Shown here: positions 1 to 13,066 of the stretch, one piece after another
Layout of the letters: every line of letters starts with the position of its first letter
How positions within the stretch are numbered: position 1 is the first letter of the stretch
NCBI GenBank assembly: GCA_014905635.1
Contig: JABVCE010000002.1
Location: 1,860,001-1,924,000, forward strand
Source of the DNA: Scenedesmus sp. PABB004
Taxonomy: Eukaryota
DNA length: 64,000 nt
Direction of reading: 5' to 3'
Program-made: the position numbers and the translations under genes
Notes under the pieces: generated by a model
The model's database searches: none
Seen by the model: only the letters and a program-made list of their open reading frames with translations
Told to the model about the DNA's origin: nothing

Positions 1-3000
1 CTGGAGGACGGCGAGGGCACGGTGCTGGTGGAGGTGGCCGCCCGCCTGCCGCCCGGCCTCGGCGCGGCGGGGCCGGCCGGCTTTGCGCCGTGCGCAGCGC
101 CCGAGGCGGAGGCGGTCGCGACGAGCTATGCGGGCGCGCGCGTGCTGGCCGTGGCACCGCGCCCCGGCGGCGGCGCGCTGCTGCAGGTCGACGGTGGGCG
201 GCTGCTGAGCTACGCGCCCGGCTGCGGCGCGGCGCCGCTGCCGGCGGCGGCGGCCTTCCCCACGGGCTGCCGCCGCATGCTCGCGCTGCCGACGGGCGGC
301 GGCGGGCCGGCGGCCTCGGCGGCCGCGGCGCGCGTGGCGCGCGTCGCTGCGGGCGCGCCCGCGGTGGGGCTGTCGCCGAGCGGCTGCCTGTTCTGGGGCG
401 CCAAGCTGCTCGCGCCCGACGTGACGAGCGTCGCGGCGCGCGGCGGCGGCGCGGGCGGCCCCGCGCTGCTGTTCACCACCAGGCAGGCGCTGCTGTTCGT
501 CGTCATGGTCGCCGAGCTGCCCGCGTACGCGCACACGCTGGTGCGCGGCCGCCGCGCGCCACGCGCCGCGCCGGCCTCGCGCTCGCGCGCGCGCGCGCGC
601 TCGCCCACGTCGCCCGCCGCCGCCGCCGCCGCCGCCGACGGCCGGCTGCCGCCGCCGGCGCGACGTTTTGCGCCGCAGCCCGACGGCGCGAGCGTGGCGC
701 TGAGCTGGCGGCCGAGGGAGTACGCGGGCGAGCTGCGCGCGGCGATGGCCGCGGCGATGCGCCCCGCCGGCGCGGCCGCGGCGGCGCGCGACCCGCCCGT
801 GCGCGCGATCGAGCAGGGTGAGCGGGCGCCCGCGCCGCCCCGCTTGCCCTGCCGAGTTTTCCAGCGCCGAGCGCTGTCCCTGAGCGCGCCGCCACACGCC
901 GCACGCCGCGCGGCGCAGGCGGCGTGCTGCTGGCCAGCCCCTGGGGCGGCGTCGGCGCGGTGCTCCAGATGCCGCGCGGCAACCTCGAGGGCGTGTCGCC
1001 GCGCCTGCTCGTGCTCGCCGCCGTCGTCGCGGCGCTGGGCGCGCGCGCGTACGGCCGGGCCTGGGCGCTCGCTGTCACGCACCGCGTCGACCTCAACCTG
1101 CTGGTTGACTACGCCTGGCCCTCCTTCCTCGCCGCCGCGCCCGCGTTTGTCGACGCCGTGCCCGCGCCCGCCGACCTCGCCGACCTGCTGTCCGCGCTGC
1201 GCCCGGACAGCGTGCTCGCGCCCGGCGGCGCGTACGCGGCCCTCGCCGGCGCGCTGGGCTGGGGCGCGCCCGGCGCGGCGGCGGCGCCCGGCGGCGGCCC
1301 CGGCGCGCCCGCGCTCGGCGGCGCCGGCGCGGCCGGCGGCGGCGGCGGCAAGGTGTCGGCGGTGTGCGCCGCGGTGCGCGGCGCCGTGCTGGCGCTGCCG
1401 GGGCGCTACGCGGCGGGGCACCTTACGACCGTGGTGGTCTCGTACGCGCGCTCCGAGCCGCCCAGCCTCGAGGCGGCGCTCGCGGCGATACGGGAGGTCA
1501 AGGAGGCGTCGGTCGGCGGGCCGCGCCCGCCCGCGCCGCCGCACGCGGCCGCGGCCGCGGCCGCCGGCGCGGACGCCGCCGCCGCGGCGGCGGCGGCGGT
1601 CGCGCCGACGCCGGGCGAGGCGGGCGACGGCGGGCGCGGCGCGCTCGGCGCCGCGGCGGACGACGCGCTGCGGCACCTGCTGCTGCACGTGAGCGTCGAC
1701 ACGCTCTACCGCACGGCGCTGGGTCTGTACGACCTGCCCCTTGCCTTCATGGTCGTCAGCCACAGCCAGAAGGACCCCGGCGAGTACCTGGCGCAGCTGC
1801 AGGCCTTTGGCGCGGCGCCGAGCGAGGCGCTGCGCCGCCACGCGATCGACGCGGCGCTCGGGCGCCACGGCCGCGCGCTCAACGCGCTCGTCGACGCGGG
1901 GCCGGCCCACTTTGGCGACGCGCTGCGCCTCGCGCGCGAGCGCGGCCTGCTGCGGCAGCTGCTCGCGCGCACGCAGGCGGCCGCGGACGCCGAGGCGGCC
2001 GCAGACGGCGCGCAGCGTGCGCGCGACGGCGGCGCCGGCGGCGCCGGCGGCGAGCTCGGCGCGGCGCAGCGCCTCGTCGCGGTGCTGGCGGCGTACGGCG
2101 AGGAGCTGCAGGGCGCGAGCAAGCACGAGGACGCGGCGCTCGCGTTCACCGCGGCCGGGCTGCTCGACCGCGCGCTCGCGGCATACAAGTGCGGCCCGCC
2201 GCGCCGCGCGCCGTGCAAACGCGCCGCCCCCGCCGGCCCCCGCGCGCGGCGCCGACGCGCGCGCACGCCCGCCCTGCCCCGCCCCGCCCCGCGCCGCGCC
2301 GCCGCGCAGGGAGGCGGGGGCGTGGCGCATGGCGATGGTGCTCTCCGCGCGGCTGGGCCACGGCGCGGGCGAGCGCGCGGCGCTCGCGCGCGAGCTCGCC
2401 GACGGCCTGGCGGCGAGCGGCTCGCCCGCCGACGCGGCCGCGCTGCTGGTCGAGTACTTGCGGGACGTGGACGGCGGCGTGGGCCACCTGGTCGCAGCCA
2501 AGGAGTGGCGCGAGGCGATGCGCGTCGCGTACGCGGCAGCGCGGCCCGACCTCGTCGACACGCTCGTCGCCCCCGGCGCGGCACAGGTGCGCGTGGCGCG
2601 GCGCGGCGCGGCGCTGTGGGTGCTGGCTGCGCGCGCGGCGCCGCGCGGCGCGCGCCTCACCGGCGGCGCCGCGCCGACGCGGACGCCGCGCCGCGCGGCG
2701 CGCGCCGCCAGGCGGCCGCGTCGCTGCTGGCAGACGCGACCGAGAGCGTCGAGCGCCTCGCCAAGTACAGCGCCCGGCTCGCCGAGGTGCGCGCGCGTCG
2801 GCTGGCCATGGACGCGGCGCTCGCGGCGGCGGAGGCCGACGCCGGCGGCGGCGCCGCCGCCGCCGGCGACGACGACGCCGCGTCGGAGGGCGCCAGCCGC
2901 GTGAGCGAGTTCAGCATGTACACCGACCGCACCGCTGCAGCGGGCACGGCCTTCGGCAGCAGCGCCGCTGGCAGCAGCGCGGCGAGCGCGGCGCCGTCGA

Positions 3001-3395
3001 CGCTCGGCGGGCGCCGGCCGGCCAAGCCGCGCAAGGGCCCCAAAAAGGCGCGCGCGGGCGGCAAGATCCGCGCCGGCAGCCCCGGCGAGGAGGCGGCGCT
3101 CGCGGCGCACCTCGCGGGCCTCGCGCCGCCGGCGCACGCGCTCGCAGAGGCGGGGCAGCTGGCGGAGCTGCTCGTGCTGCTTGGCCACGCCGGCGACGCG
3201 GCCAAGCTGCAGCAGCGCGTGGGGCAGTGGCAGGCCGACGCTGCCGCGTCCGCGGCAGCGGTCGCAGCGGCGGCGGCGGCCGAGGCGGGGCAGCAGGCGC
3301 AGGCGCAGCGGCAGAAGGGGGCGGCAGCAGCAGCAGCACCACCACCACCGGCGGCGGAGGTGCGCTGGAAGTGGGCTGTGCTGCGGCCACCCTAG
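1..3395 (+). CDS. ELP1: Elongator complex protein 1 (ELP1/IKI3), spliced, 5' end outside the window
   Basis: Motifs VLQMPRGNLEGVSPR, HRVDLNLLVDY, ALGLYDLPLAFMVVSHSQKDPGEYL and a C-terminal basic ...GGKIRAGSPGEE tract; four GT-AG introns; stop TAG at 3393-3395. Confidence 0.93.
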
Positions 3396-4280
3396 CGCGG
3401 AGGGCGCCGGCGGCGGCGAGGCACAGGGCGCCGCCCGCCCCGCGCGCGCCCGGCCGTCTGCGGCGCCCGGCGGCGCGCGCCGCAGCTAGCAGCACCGGCG
3501 GCTGCGACGAGCTCGTGCGGCTGCGGCGCCGGACAGGCGGCGGATGAGGGGCGGTGCTCGTGGCGCGCCCGCCCGCCACGTGGCGGGCTGTGGTGCGCGG
3601 CCGCCGCCTGCGCCCGCCCGGGCGTGGTGTCAGACGGGAAGCGTGGCATGCTTCCGGTTTTCCCCGGCCACCGGCAGCAGCTCTGGCAGCGCGTGCGCAG
3701 GGCGGCGGCCAGTCGACGGCGGCGACCATCGGCTTTGCCAGCCCCGCCGCCTGCCAGCGCGCGCGCGCGCAGAGCCGTCTGCATGGGCGCCCCGCGGCGC
3801 CGCGCGGTGCGGCGGAGCTGCCGCGGCGGCGCGGGTGCGTGCGGCTGCCGCCAGGGCCAAGCCCGGCCTAGTGTCCAACAGGCAGTGTGACACGGCCCCC
3901 GCAGCTCCCACCCAGCGGCGCCAGCTCTGGCAGCGCACACGGAGCGCGGCGGCAGTCGGCGGCCAGTGCGGCCGCCGGCGAGCCAGCGAGCCGCACCGCG
4001 CCGCGCTCGGCGCGCGGCGCGCGCGCTCCAGCTCGCAGGCTGTCCAGCGGCCGGACAGCACAGCGCTGGCGGCCCCAGAGGGCGCCGCGGCCGGCGGCGC
4101 GCGCGCGGAGAGCAGCGGCAGGCAAGCGGGCGGTGCGGTTGAGAACCGCTAGCGGTTCCAACCGCCGCCTGCCCGCCCGGGCAATATAGCCGCGCGCCCC
4201 ACGGCGGAGCTCACGCACGTCGCAGACTCAAGCTGCACGCGCCCCCAACGCTGCCCGACCAGCCACCCGCCTCCACTACA

Positions 4281-6294
4281 ATGGCCCGCAAGTGCTTCCT
4301 CGCCGCGGCGCTCTGCGTGGCTGGTGCCGGCCTCCACGCCTTCTACGTGTCCCGCAGAGAGATGTGCCGCAAGGTGGGCGACGCGCCGCGCCCGTCCCGA
4401 GGCGGGGAGGCGCGCCGAGCGCGGGAGGGCCGCCCCCGCCGTCCCGCGCGCCGGGCGGGCCTGGTAGCTAGCCCTGCAGTTCGACACATCTGTCATCCCG
4501 CTCCGGACGCGGCGCCTGCGCGCGCGGAGCCGCTCCGCGGCCGCACGGCGCCGCGCCGCCGGCGCCGCTCTCACGGGGGCGCGTGCGGCGCCGCCGCGGG
4601 CCGGCCCGTGCGCCTGAGAGACGCGCTGTGAGCTCAGCCGCCCGCTCACGCGCCCGAGCCGCCCGCAGGCACGCCTGGCGCACCTCACCGAGCAGCACCA
4701 GAGCAAGGCGGAGCTGACCGAGGCGCCCGCGGCAGAGGACGCGCAGGTGGGTTGCGTGCTGACGCTGTGCCGGTGCCGGCTCGCCTGGCCGCCGCGAGCG
4801 CACGCGGGCTTGCACAGAGGCGTGCCGCGCGCTGCCGCCGCGCGCGGCACGAGCGCCGCCGATGCCTGCCCCCTGCCGCACCACCTGCTGCAGGCCCTCG
4901 CCGCCGCCGACCCCGAGCCCCTGAGCGCCGACGCCGACGCGCCCTGCGAGACCGCGCCCGCCGACGCCGCGCCCGCCGACGCCGCGCCCGCCGACGTGGG
5001 CACGGGCGAGGCGGCGGCCGCCGCCGCCGGCGACGTCGCGGGCGACGTCTGCGACGCGCCGGCGGTGGAGGAGGAGGAGGAGGCGGAGGAGGAGGCGCTG
5101 TGCCCGGCGCCCGAGGCGCCGGCGCTGCCGGCCATCAAGGCCCGCGCTGCCGAGCCGCGCGCCAACAGCTTCAGCGACGCGCGCGTGTGCAGCGACACCT
5201 CGCCCGCTGCGCCCAGCACGCCCGCGCGCGGCTCGGACGAGGACGACGCCGGCCACGCGGCGCGCACGCGCGTCTGCTGCACCGTCGGCGCGCAGGGCGC
5301 CCAGGTGACCAGCGCGCCAGCCTGGCCGCGGGTCACCTCGCACCCGCGCGAGCAAGCGCGCCGGCCCCACCGCCGCGGCGCTCGACGGCTGACGCCTGCC
5401 CGCACCGCACCGCGCCGCGCGCCTCGCTGCAGGTGCCCGCCGCGGCGAGCTTCGAGCCGCTGCTGGCCAGCGCCGACGCCGCGCCCTGCAACGCCGCGCC
5501 CGCCGACGTGGGCACGGGCGAGGCGGCGGCCACCGGCGACGTCGAGGCCGCCCGTGTGGTGGTGGAGGAGGAGGTGCTGCGCCGGGCGCCCGAGGTGCCC
5601 GCCGACACCCCCCTCGCCGTCAACACCGTCGCCGTCAAGGCGGCGTACAGCAGCTTCCGCGACGCGCTCGCGCGCGGCCACGCCGCGCCCGCAGCTGCGC
5701 GCAGCACGCCCGCGCGCGGCTCGCCGGAGGACATTGCCGCCTGGAAGGCCAGGATGAACACCTGGTGCGGCGACGGCTCGATGGGCGCCAAGGTGACCAG
5801 CGCGCCAGGCTGGCCGTGGCTCGCCTGGCGGTTGCGTGCGCGCGTGCGCGCCGACCCCACCGCCGCGGCGCGAGATGGCTGACGCCTGCCCGCGCCGCAC
5901 CGCTCCGCGCGCTTCGCTGCAGGTGCCCGCGGAGTCGACCTTTGAGCCGCTGCTGGCCAGCGCCGACGACGAGCCCTGGGCCGCCGACGTGGGCACGGGC
6001 GAGGCGGCGGCCGCCGCCGCCAGCGACGACGGGGCCGCCTGCGACGGCGCGCCGGCCGAGGAGGACGAGGAGGCGCTGCGCCCCGCGCCGGAGGCGTCCA
6101 AGGCGCCGGCGCTGCCCCCAATCAGGACCGCCGCAGCGCAGCGCACCAGCTTCCGCGACGCGCTCGCGCGCGGCAACGCCGCGCCCGCAGCTGCGCCGCG
6201 CACGCCCGCGCGTGGCTCGCCGGCGGACGTCGCCGGCTGGAAGGCCAGGATGAACACCTGGTGCGGCGACGGCGCAATGGCCCCGAACATCTGA
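4281..6294 (+). CDS. Unknown protein with hydrophobic N-terminus and three tandem exon-sized repeats
   Basis: ATG 4281 MARKCFLAAALCVAGAGLHAFYV; repeated peptide units ADVGTGEAAA...SFRDALARG...TPARGS...WKARMNTWCGDG in exons ~4894-5304, ~5433-5792 and ~5923-6294, separated by mutually similar introns. Confidence 0.6.
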
Positions 6295-7106
6295 CATCTG
6301 ACGGGCTGGCTGGGGTCGGTGCCGGGGCCGGGACCGGGGCTGCGCTGAGGCTGAGCGCTGGCCGGGCGGGCGGGGCGACGGCGCGAGCGGCGCGTGTGCG
6401 CCGCCGCTGCGTGTGTGTGCACGCCACTCTGCGCTCTGCACATGACTGGAGAATAAACTCGACTTGACTGGAGAATAAACAAATAAAGCCGTCCTCCCTC
6501 GGGACGGGAGGGGGGGGGGGGGGGCTGCGGCGCCTGCTGGCTCTCGCCTCCCGCCGTGTGCGAGGTCGCGGCTGCTCTGGCGGCGCAAGGCGGCTGGCGC
6601 CTTGGCGCCTTGCACCGCTTTCCTGGTTTGGCGAGCGCTCTCTGCAAGGGCGCTCAGCGGGCTGCGACATGCCCCGCTGGGCATGGCTGCAACAAGCCTG
6701 CCCTGGGTTCTGCTGCCGCGACTGGTGGTGGTTTAGGCAGCGCGCGCGAGCTGTGAGGTGCAACATGCCCACCTGGCCCTGCCCCCGCTGCGGCCGGCCG
6801 GTGGTGGCGGCGGCCCCTGCAGCTCTCACGCAGCGGTCAGCTGCTGCCCCAGCCTCGATGTCCCAAGCTGGCTTGAAGCCAGGCGCCGGGCGTGGTTCAC
6901 CGCCGCGCGTCTCGGTCCACGCCGCCGAGCAACCGGCTGCGCGCGCGTCAGCCCGGCAGCCCCACACATTCGCTTCGCAGCCTCGTCACTCCCACGCCGC
7001 GCCTTACGCACGCGCCAGCCGCCTCCCTCGCGCGGCAACGGCAGCAGCGGCGGCCGGCCGCCCGCGCCGGCGGCTGCCCGCGCGGCCGCGGCTGCAGCGT
7101 GGCGTG

Positions 7107-7389
7107 ATGGCGATGCGGCAGCGTCTAGAAGCGCTGGCAGGCTCTCTGCGGGCAGCAGCGGCCGCGCTGGGCCGCAGCGGCGACCGCTGCAGCGGCGGCG
7201 CCGCGCTGCGAGGCCTGGCGAGCGGCCGCGGCGCCGCGCCGGCGCGCAGCCGGCTGCCACGTGACGGCCCCGGTCTGGCGGATTTCATCGGCCGCGGCGC
7301 GCCGGCGTGCGAGCTCGCGCCGGCCAGCAGCAGCGCCTCCGCCGGCGGCGTCGGAGGCAGCGCGGCCGCGCGCGCGCGGGCGGTGCACA

Positions 7390-7424
<35 letters not shown>

Positions 7425-8125
7425 AGCGAGATCGTCGCCAGCGTGCTGGGCGCCGCGCCGGAGCGCTACACGCGCGCCGAGAGTGCCGCAGAGGCCGGCG
7501 TCGTGCTGCTCAACACCTGCGCGATCAGGCGAGTGCCGGCAGCACCGCGCCGACGGGCGCGCCGCGCCGCCGCCGCCGCCGCCGACGCCGCGCGCGCGCG
7601 CACGCGCGCAGGGAGAACGCGGAGGCGCGCATCTGGGGCCGCCTCGGCGAGCTGCAGGCGCTCAAGCGCGCGCGGCGGCGCGCCGGGGAGGCGCCGCTGG
7701 TCGTCGGCGTGCTCGGGTGCATGGCGGAGCGCCTCAAGGCCGCGCTGCTTGACGAGCGCCGCCTGGCCGACCTCGTGGTCGGGCCGGACGCGTACCGGGA
7801 CCTCCCGCGCATCCTCGCGGCCGTGCAGGCGGGCGAGGCGCGCGGGTCGGGCGCGATGAACGTGCAGCTCAGCCTCGAGGAGACGTACGCCGACGTCACG
7901 CCCGTGCGCCGCGACGGCGCGGTGTCCGCGTTTGTGTCCATAATGCGCGGCTGCAACAACATGTGCGCGTTCTGCGTCGTGCCCTTCACGCGCGGCCGCG
8001 AGCGCAGCCGGCCGGCCGACTCGGTCGTCGCCGAGGTCGCGGCGCTGTCGGCGGCGGGCGTGCGCGAGGTGACGCTGCTGGGCCAGAACGTCAACAGCTA
8101 CGCCGACGCGTCGCAGCGCCGCCCG

Positions 8126-8169
<44 letters not shown>

Positions 8170-9515
8170 GGGTGCGCGCGAGAGCGGGGGCGGGAGCGGC
8201 GGCGAGTACTACGCGCCGGCAGAGCAGCAGCAGCAGCAGCAGGAGCAGGCCTCGGTGTACGCGCCAGGGTTCAGCAGCATCTACACCCCGCGCCGCGACG
8301 GCGCGCTGGGCTTTGCGCAGCTGCTCGCGCGCGTGGCGGCGGTCGACCCGGAAATGCGCGTGCGCTTCACGAGGTGTGCGGCGCGCGCCGGCCGCGGGTC
8401 TGGGAGGGGTTGGAGGGCTGGGCGCGGCGGCGAGCGCCGCGCGTGCGCGGTCGGCTGGCTGACTGATGGAGCCGCCGCGCCGCGCAGCCCGCACCCGAAG
8501 GAGTTCACCGATGACGTCCTGGCGGTCATCGCCGAGCACCCCAACGTGTGCAACCAGCTGCACATGCCCGCGCAGTCGGGCAGCAGCACCGTGCTGCAGC
8601 GCATGCGGCGGGGCTACACGCGGGAGGCGTACGACGCGCTCGTGGAGCGCGCGCGGGCCGCGGTGCCCGGCGTGGCGCTCTCCACCGACATGATCTCAGG
8701 TCCGTGCCCAGCAGCGCTGCCGCGCGGGGGCGGCGCACATGCGCGCGCGCCGGCGCGCGCGCGGCCGCGCTGACGGCGCCGCCGCCGCCGTCGCCGCCGC
8801 CGCCACGCACTGCAGGCTTTTGCGGCGAGACCGACGCGGAGCACGCCGCGAGCGTGGAGCTGCTCCGGCGCACGCGCTTCGCGCAGGCGTTCATCTTCTC
8901 CTACAGCGAACGCGCCAAAACGCACGCGGCGCGGCACCTGGCGGACGACGTGCCGCCAGAAGCCAAGCGCGCGCGCCTCGCCGAGCTCTTTGCCGCGCAC
9001 CGCGCCGGCCAGGCCGAGGCGTTTGCGGCGGAGCCGGGCCGGCTGCACCTGGTGCTGCTCGACGGCCGGCCGCGCCGCGGCGAGGGCGCGCTGCAGGGGC
9101 GCAGCTGCTGCATGAAGCGCGTCATCATACCCGACGGCCCGCTGCCGCCGAGCCTCGCCGACCTGCGCGCGCACGCGGCGGCGTTGCTCGCGGCCGGGCC
9201 GGCCGCGGGCGCCGCGCTCGCGGCGGCGGCGGCGCGGCGGCGGCGGCGCGCGCCGGCGATGCCGGCACGGACGCGGACACGCCCGCGCCCGCGCTGCCGT
9301 GCCTCGCGCCCGGCCTGTACCGCGGGCCGCGCGTCGCGGTGGCGGACGGCGACTACGTCGCCGTGCTCGTGCGCCGCGTGGTCGGCACGGGCACGCTGCT
9401 CGCGTCGTCGCTCGCGCGGACGAGCATCGCCGAGTTTGCTGGGCTGTTTGGGTCCACCACGCCGCCGCCGGGCGCAGAGCCGGCGTGGCTGGCGGCGCTG
9501 CTGCCGGCCGAGTGA
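7107..9515 (+). CDS. CDK5RAP1: MiaB/CDK5RAP1 tRNA methylthiotransferase (radical SAM), probably organelle-targeted
   Basis: [19 protein letters not shown] (across a GC-AG intron), [11 protein letters not shown], radical [39 protein letters not shown]; a 1-nt frameshift is needed near 9234. Confidence 0.93.
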
Positions 9516-9900
9516 GAGTGCGCCGAGTGACCAGGGCTTTTTGTGCGGCTGGGTCTCTGGCCTGGCAACGTGCCACCATCTGCTGCCTGCAGCGTGTGTG
9601 GGCCACACCCTCGTGGCGCGAGCTGCTGAGCCGCGCGTCAGCGCGGAGAGCGACGGCGTGCGGCGCAGCCGCTGCCGCTGCCGCTGCCTCCGCCGCGCGG
9701 CAGCAGCACAACCGCCCTCCTCGCGAAGCTCGCCAGCCTTGCTCCGGTCGCAGGCGGCCAGCCGCAGCGCCTGAGCGCGGCACCGGCGCGGCAGCAGCGG
9801 CTGCTGCCGCCGCTGCCGCTGGCTGGTGCCGCCCGGAGCCCGGCCAGCGGCCCCTCCTGCGAGCGGCACCGGAGCTGCGTCAGGCCGCGGTGGCGCAGGC

Positions 9901-12713
9901 ATGGCGCCGCCGGCGTCGGGCCTGCGCGGGGGCGCAGGCGTCGCGCCGTCGGCGTCAGGCCCGCGCGGGGGCGCAGGCGCGCCGCCGGCGCCGTCCACGG
10001 TCTTGACCTGGGCGCTTGTCGTGCCGGTCGGCTTCGCGTCTGGCCTGATGGCCGTCCTCATCAACGCGGGCGTGGACGCCCTGAACAGGATGCGCTTCAC
10101 GGCGGCATTGCGCTTCGTGCGGCCCGGCGGTGCGGCGCCCGCAGCGCGCTTGCGGCGCCCGCCCGCTGCCGCAGGCCCGCGCGCGGGCGGCGGCCCCGCC
10201 CGACGCCGACGCCGCTGGCGCAGGCGGCTTCTTCCTGCCCTGGCTCGCCCTCGTCGGCACGAGCTGCGCGGTCGCCGCGGTCGCCGGGCTCGGCACCGCG
10301 TACCTCGCGCCCCTCGCGTCCGGCAGCGGCATACCTCACATAAAAGCCTTCTGCAACGGAATAGACATCCCCCACCTCCTGGTGCGCCGCCGGCCCGGCG
10401 GCGGCGGCGGGGCGGTGCGGCGCGCGGCTGCCGCCGCCCCGGCGCCGCGCCCGACGCCGCCGGGCCGGCCGCCGCGGCCGCGCCGCGCAGACCGTCCGGA
10501 CGCTGGCGGTCAAGGCGGTCGGCGCGATGGCCAGCATCGGCTGCGGCCTCACCGCCGGCAAAGAGGGGCCGTTCATTCACTGCGGCGCCAGCATCGCTTC
10601 GCTCGCGCTCGCCTGGGCGCGGGCGCTGGGCAGCTGGAGGCGGAGGCGGCCGGCGCGGCGGCGGCAGGATCGGCGGCGGCGGCCGCGCGGCGGCGACGAC
10701 GACGGCGGCGACCCCGGGAGCGGCAGCGGCAGCGCGCGCAGCGGCAGCGCGCGCAGCGGCAGCGCCGGCAGCGCGCGCAGCGGCAGCGCCGGCAGCGCGC
10801 GCAGTGGCAGCAGCGGCCGCGGCGGCAGCGACGGCGAGCCCGGGCCTGACGGCGCGCTGGAGTGTGCCGGCGCGCTGTCGGACCGCGTGCTGCTGCAGCG
10901 ACAGGCGCGCGACCAGGCGGCCGTCGGCGCGGGCGCGGGCGTGGCCGCCGCGTTCATCGCGCCCCTCGCAGGCGCCGCGTACGCCGTCGAGGAGGCGACC
11001 ACACTTTACAGCGGCACGATGCTCACGCAGGTGCGCCCTTTTCGCCCGCGCAGCCGGTGGCCGCGCGCACGGCCGCCGACCCGCCGCCGCCGGCGGCGCG
11101 CGCGCGCAGGCGTTTGGCGTGGGCGGCGTGACCGTCTTTTTCATCTGGCTGCTCACCGCGGCCGCCACCGGCACCGGCGGGCCGGGTGGGCTGTGGTCGC
11201 TGGTCTTCACCTCGCCGCTCGCCCTCGGCCTGCGCGGCCGCACCGGCACGGACGCACGGTTCTGGTGGTACGGCGGCGGCGGCGGTGGCGCGCGCGCACG
11301 GGCACGCAGCTGGCTCGCAGCTGCGCGCGCCGCCGACCCGGGCCGCCCGCCGCCCAGGTACGCGTGGGAGCTGCCGCTCGCGATCGCGCTGGGCGTCTGC
11401 GGCGGCGTCGCGATGGCGGGCTGGACAAAGGCCAACACGGTCCTGCAGCGACTGCGCAAGCGCTGCCTGCGGCGCCGCTGGGCGCGCGCCGCGGACGTGC
11501 TGCTCTGCTGCGCGATCACCAACACGGTCCGCCTGCTCGTCGCGTGGGCCTCGCCCTGCCGCCCGGTGCCGCCCGCCGCCGAGCTCAGCGCGCTGCAGGA
11601 CCAGGCGCGCGCGCGCGGGGCGGGGCGCGCGCCGCCACGTGGCCGGGGCGGTCGCTGCGCGCCGCGCGCTGCGCGCTGCGTGCTGCGCGCCGTGCCCGCC
11701 CATGCGTGACGCGCGCGCGGGCGGCCGCGCAGGTCGTAAGTTGGACTTTCTTCCCCAGCCCTGTCGAGCTCTTCCCGCGGCTATGGTGCCCTCATCCCGG
11801 GACGTACAGCGAGTACGGCTCCCTGTTCTTGCAGCCGGTGGACGTCGCCGTGCGCGCGCTGTTCAGCCTCGAGCCGCCCTGGGTCAACCAGACGCGCGTG
11901 CTCGACGCGCCCGCCGCGCTCGGCGGCGCGGCGCTGCCGGCCGGACCGCCGGACGGCCAGTTTGAGGCGTCGACGTTCACGACGCGCGCGCTCGTGGCCT
12001 ACGCCGCGTTCGTGTGGGCCACGCTGCTGCTCACGTACGGCTGCGCGGCGCCGACTGGGATCTTCATTCCCGCGCTGGCCATCGGCGCGGCGGCCGGGCG
12101 CGCCGTGGGCCACGTGCTGCGCGGCGCGCTGCGCGCCGCGGGCGGCGGCGGCGCGGCGATCTGCATGCCCGGCTGGTCGGTGCTCGGCGCCGCGGCGGCG
12201 CTGGTCGGCACGACGCGCCTCGCGCTCGCCAACGCGCTCATCGTGGTGGAGGGCTCCGGCGCGGTGCCGATGCTCGTGCCGCTCGTGCTTCTCACCGTGC
12301 CCGCCAAGATCGTCGCGGACGCGCTGTTCCCAGGAATGTACGATTGGCAGATCGAGGAGGCGGGCTACGACTTCCTGCCCCCCGCCGACGCGCTGCCGGC
12401 CGCGCAGCAGGCCGCGCTGCGCAGCCGCCGCGTCGGCGAACTGCTGCCGCCGGCGGCGCAGCCGGCGCCGGCGCCGGCGACGGTCGTGCTGGACTGCGAG
12501 CCGGGCGCGGCGCCGCCGGCCGCTGAGGCGGGCGGCGGCGGGCTGCTCGTCTCGCGCGACAGCAGCGTGCTGACCGTGTACACCGCCATGCGCGAGCTGA
12601 GCCTCGACGCCATCGGCGTGGCCGCCGGCGGCGACGGCGCGCCCGCGGCGCGCCTGCGCCGCGGCGACCTGGTGCCGCGCGCGGTCGCCGCGGCGCTGGC
12701 GGCCAAGCACTAG
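9901..12713 (+). CDS. CLC-family chloride transporter, probably a Cl-/H+ exchanger; start codon uncertain
   Basis: Signature motifs GSGIP, GKEGPFIH, AAAFIAPLAGAAYAVEE, PTGIFIP and GMYD; multiple TM segments; stop TAG 12711-12713. Confidence 0.88.
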
Positions 12714-13066
12714 TGACGGCGTGGCGGGGCGTCGGTTGGCGGCTTGCGGCGGTTCGGCGGTGCCGAGCCCTGAACGTGTGACGGCGCCACCGGGCGTGCG
12801 CCCCTGCGCTGCTCACACTAGCCAGCCTGACCGCAGCCGGCCGCTCAGCGCGCCACGACACAAAGCGCGCCGTCGGCAGCGCGGCAGCGGCAGCAGCGCG
12901 GCGCTGGCGGCAGCCCAGCTTGGCGGCCGGCTTCCGGGTCACGCGCCCGACTGCGCCACACACGGACCTCGCCTGCCGGACCAGCCGGATGCGCCCCGGG
13001 CTCGCGGAGGGGCGCGGCGAAATGCTCTGCGGGCGGGCTGTGTCGCCCCTGGCGCGCTAGATCGCC

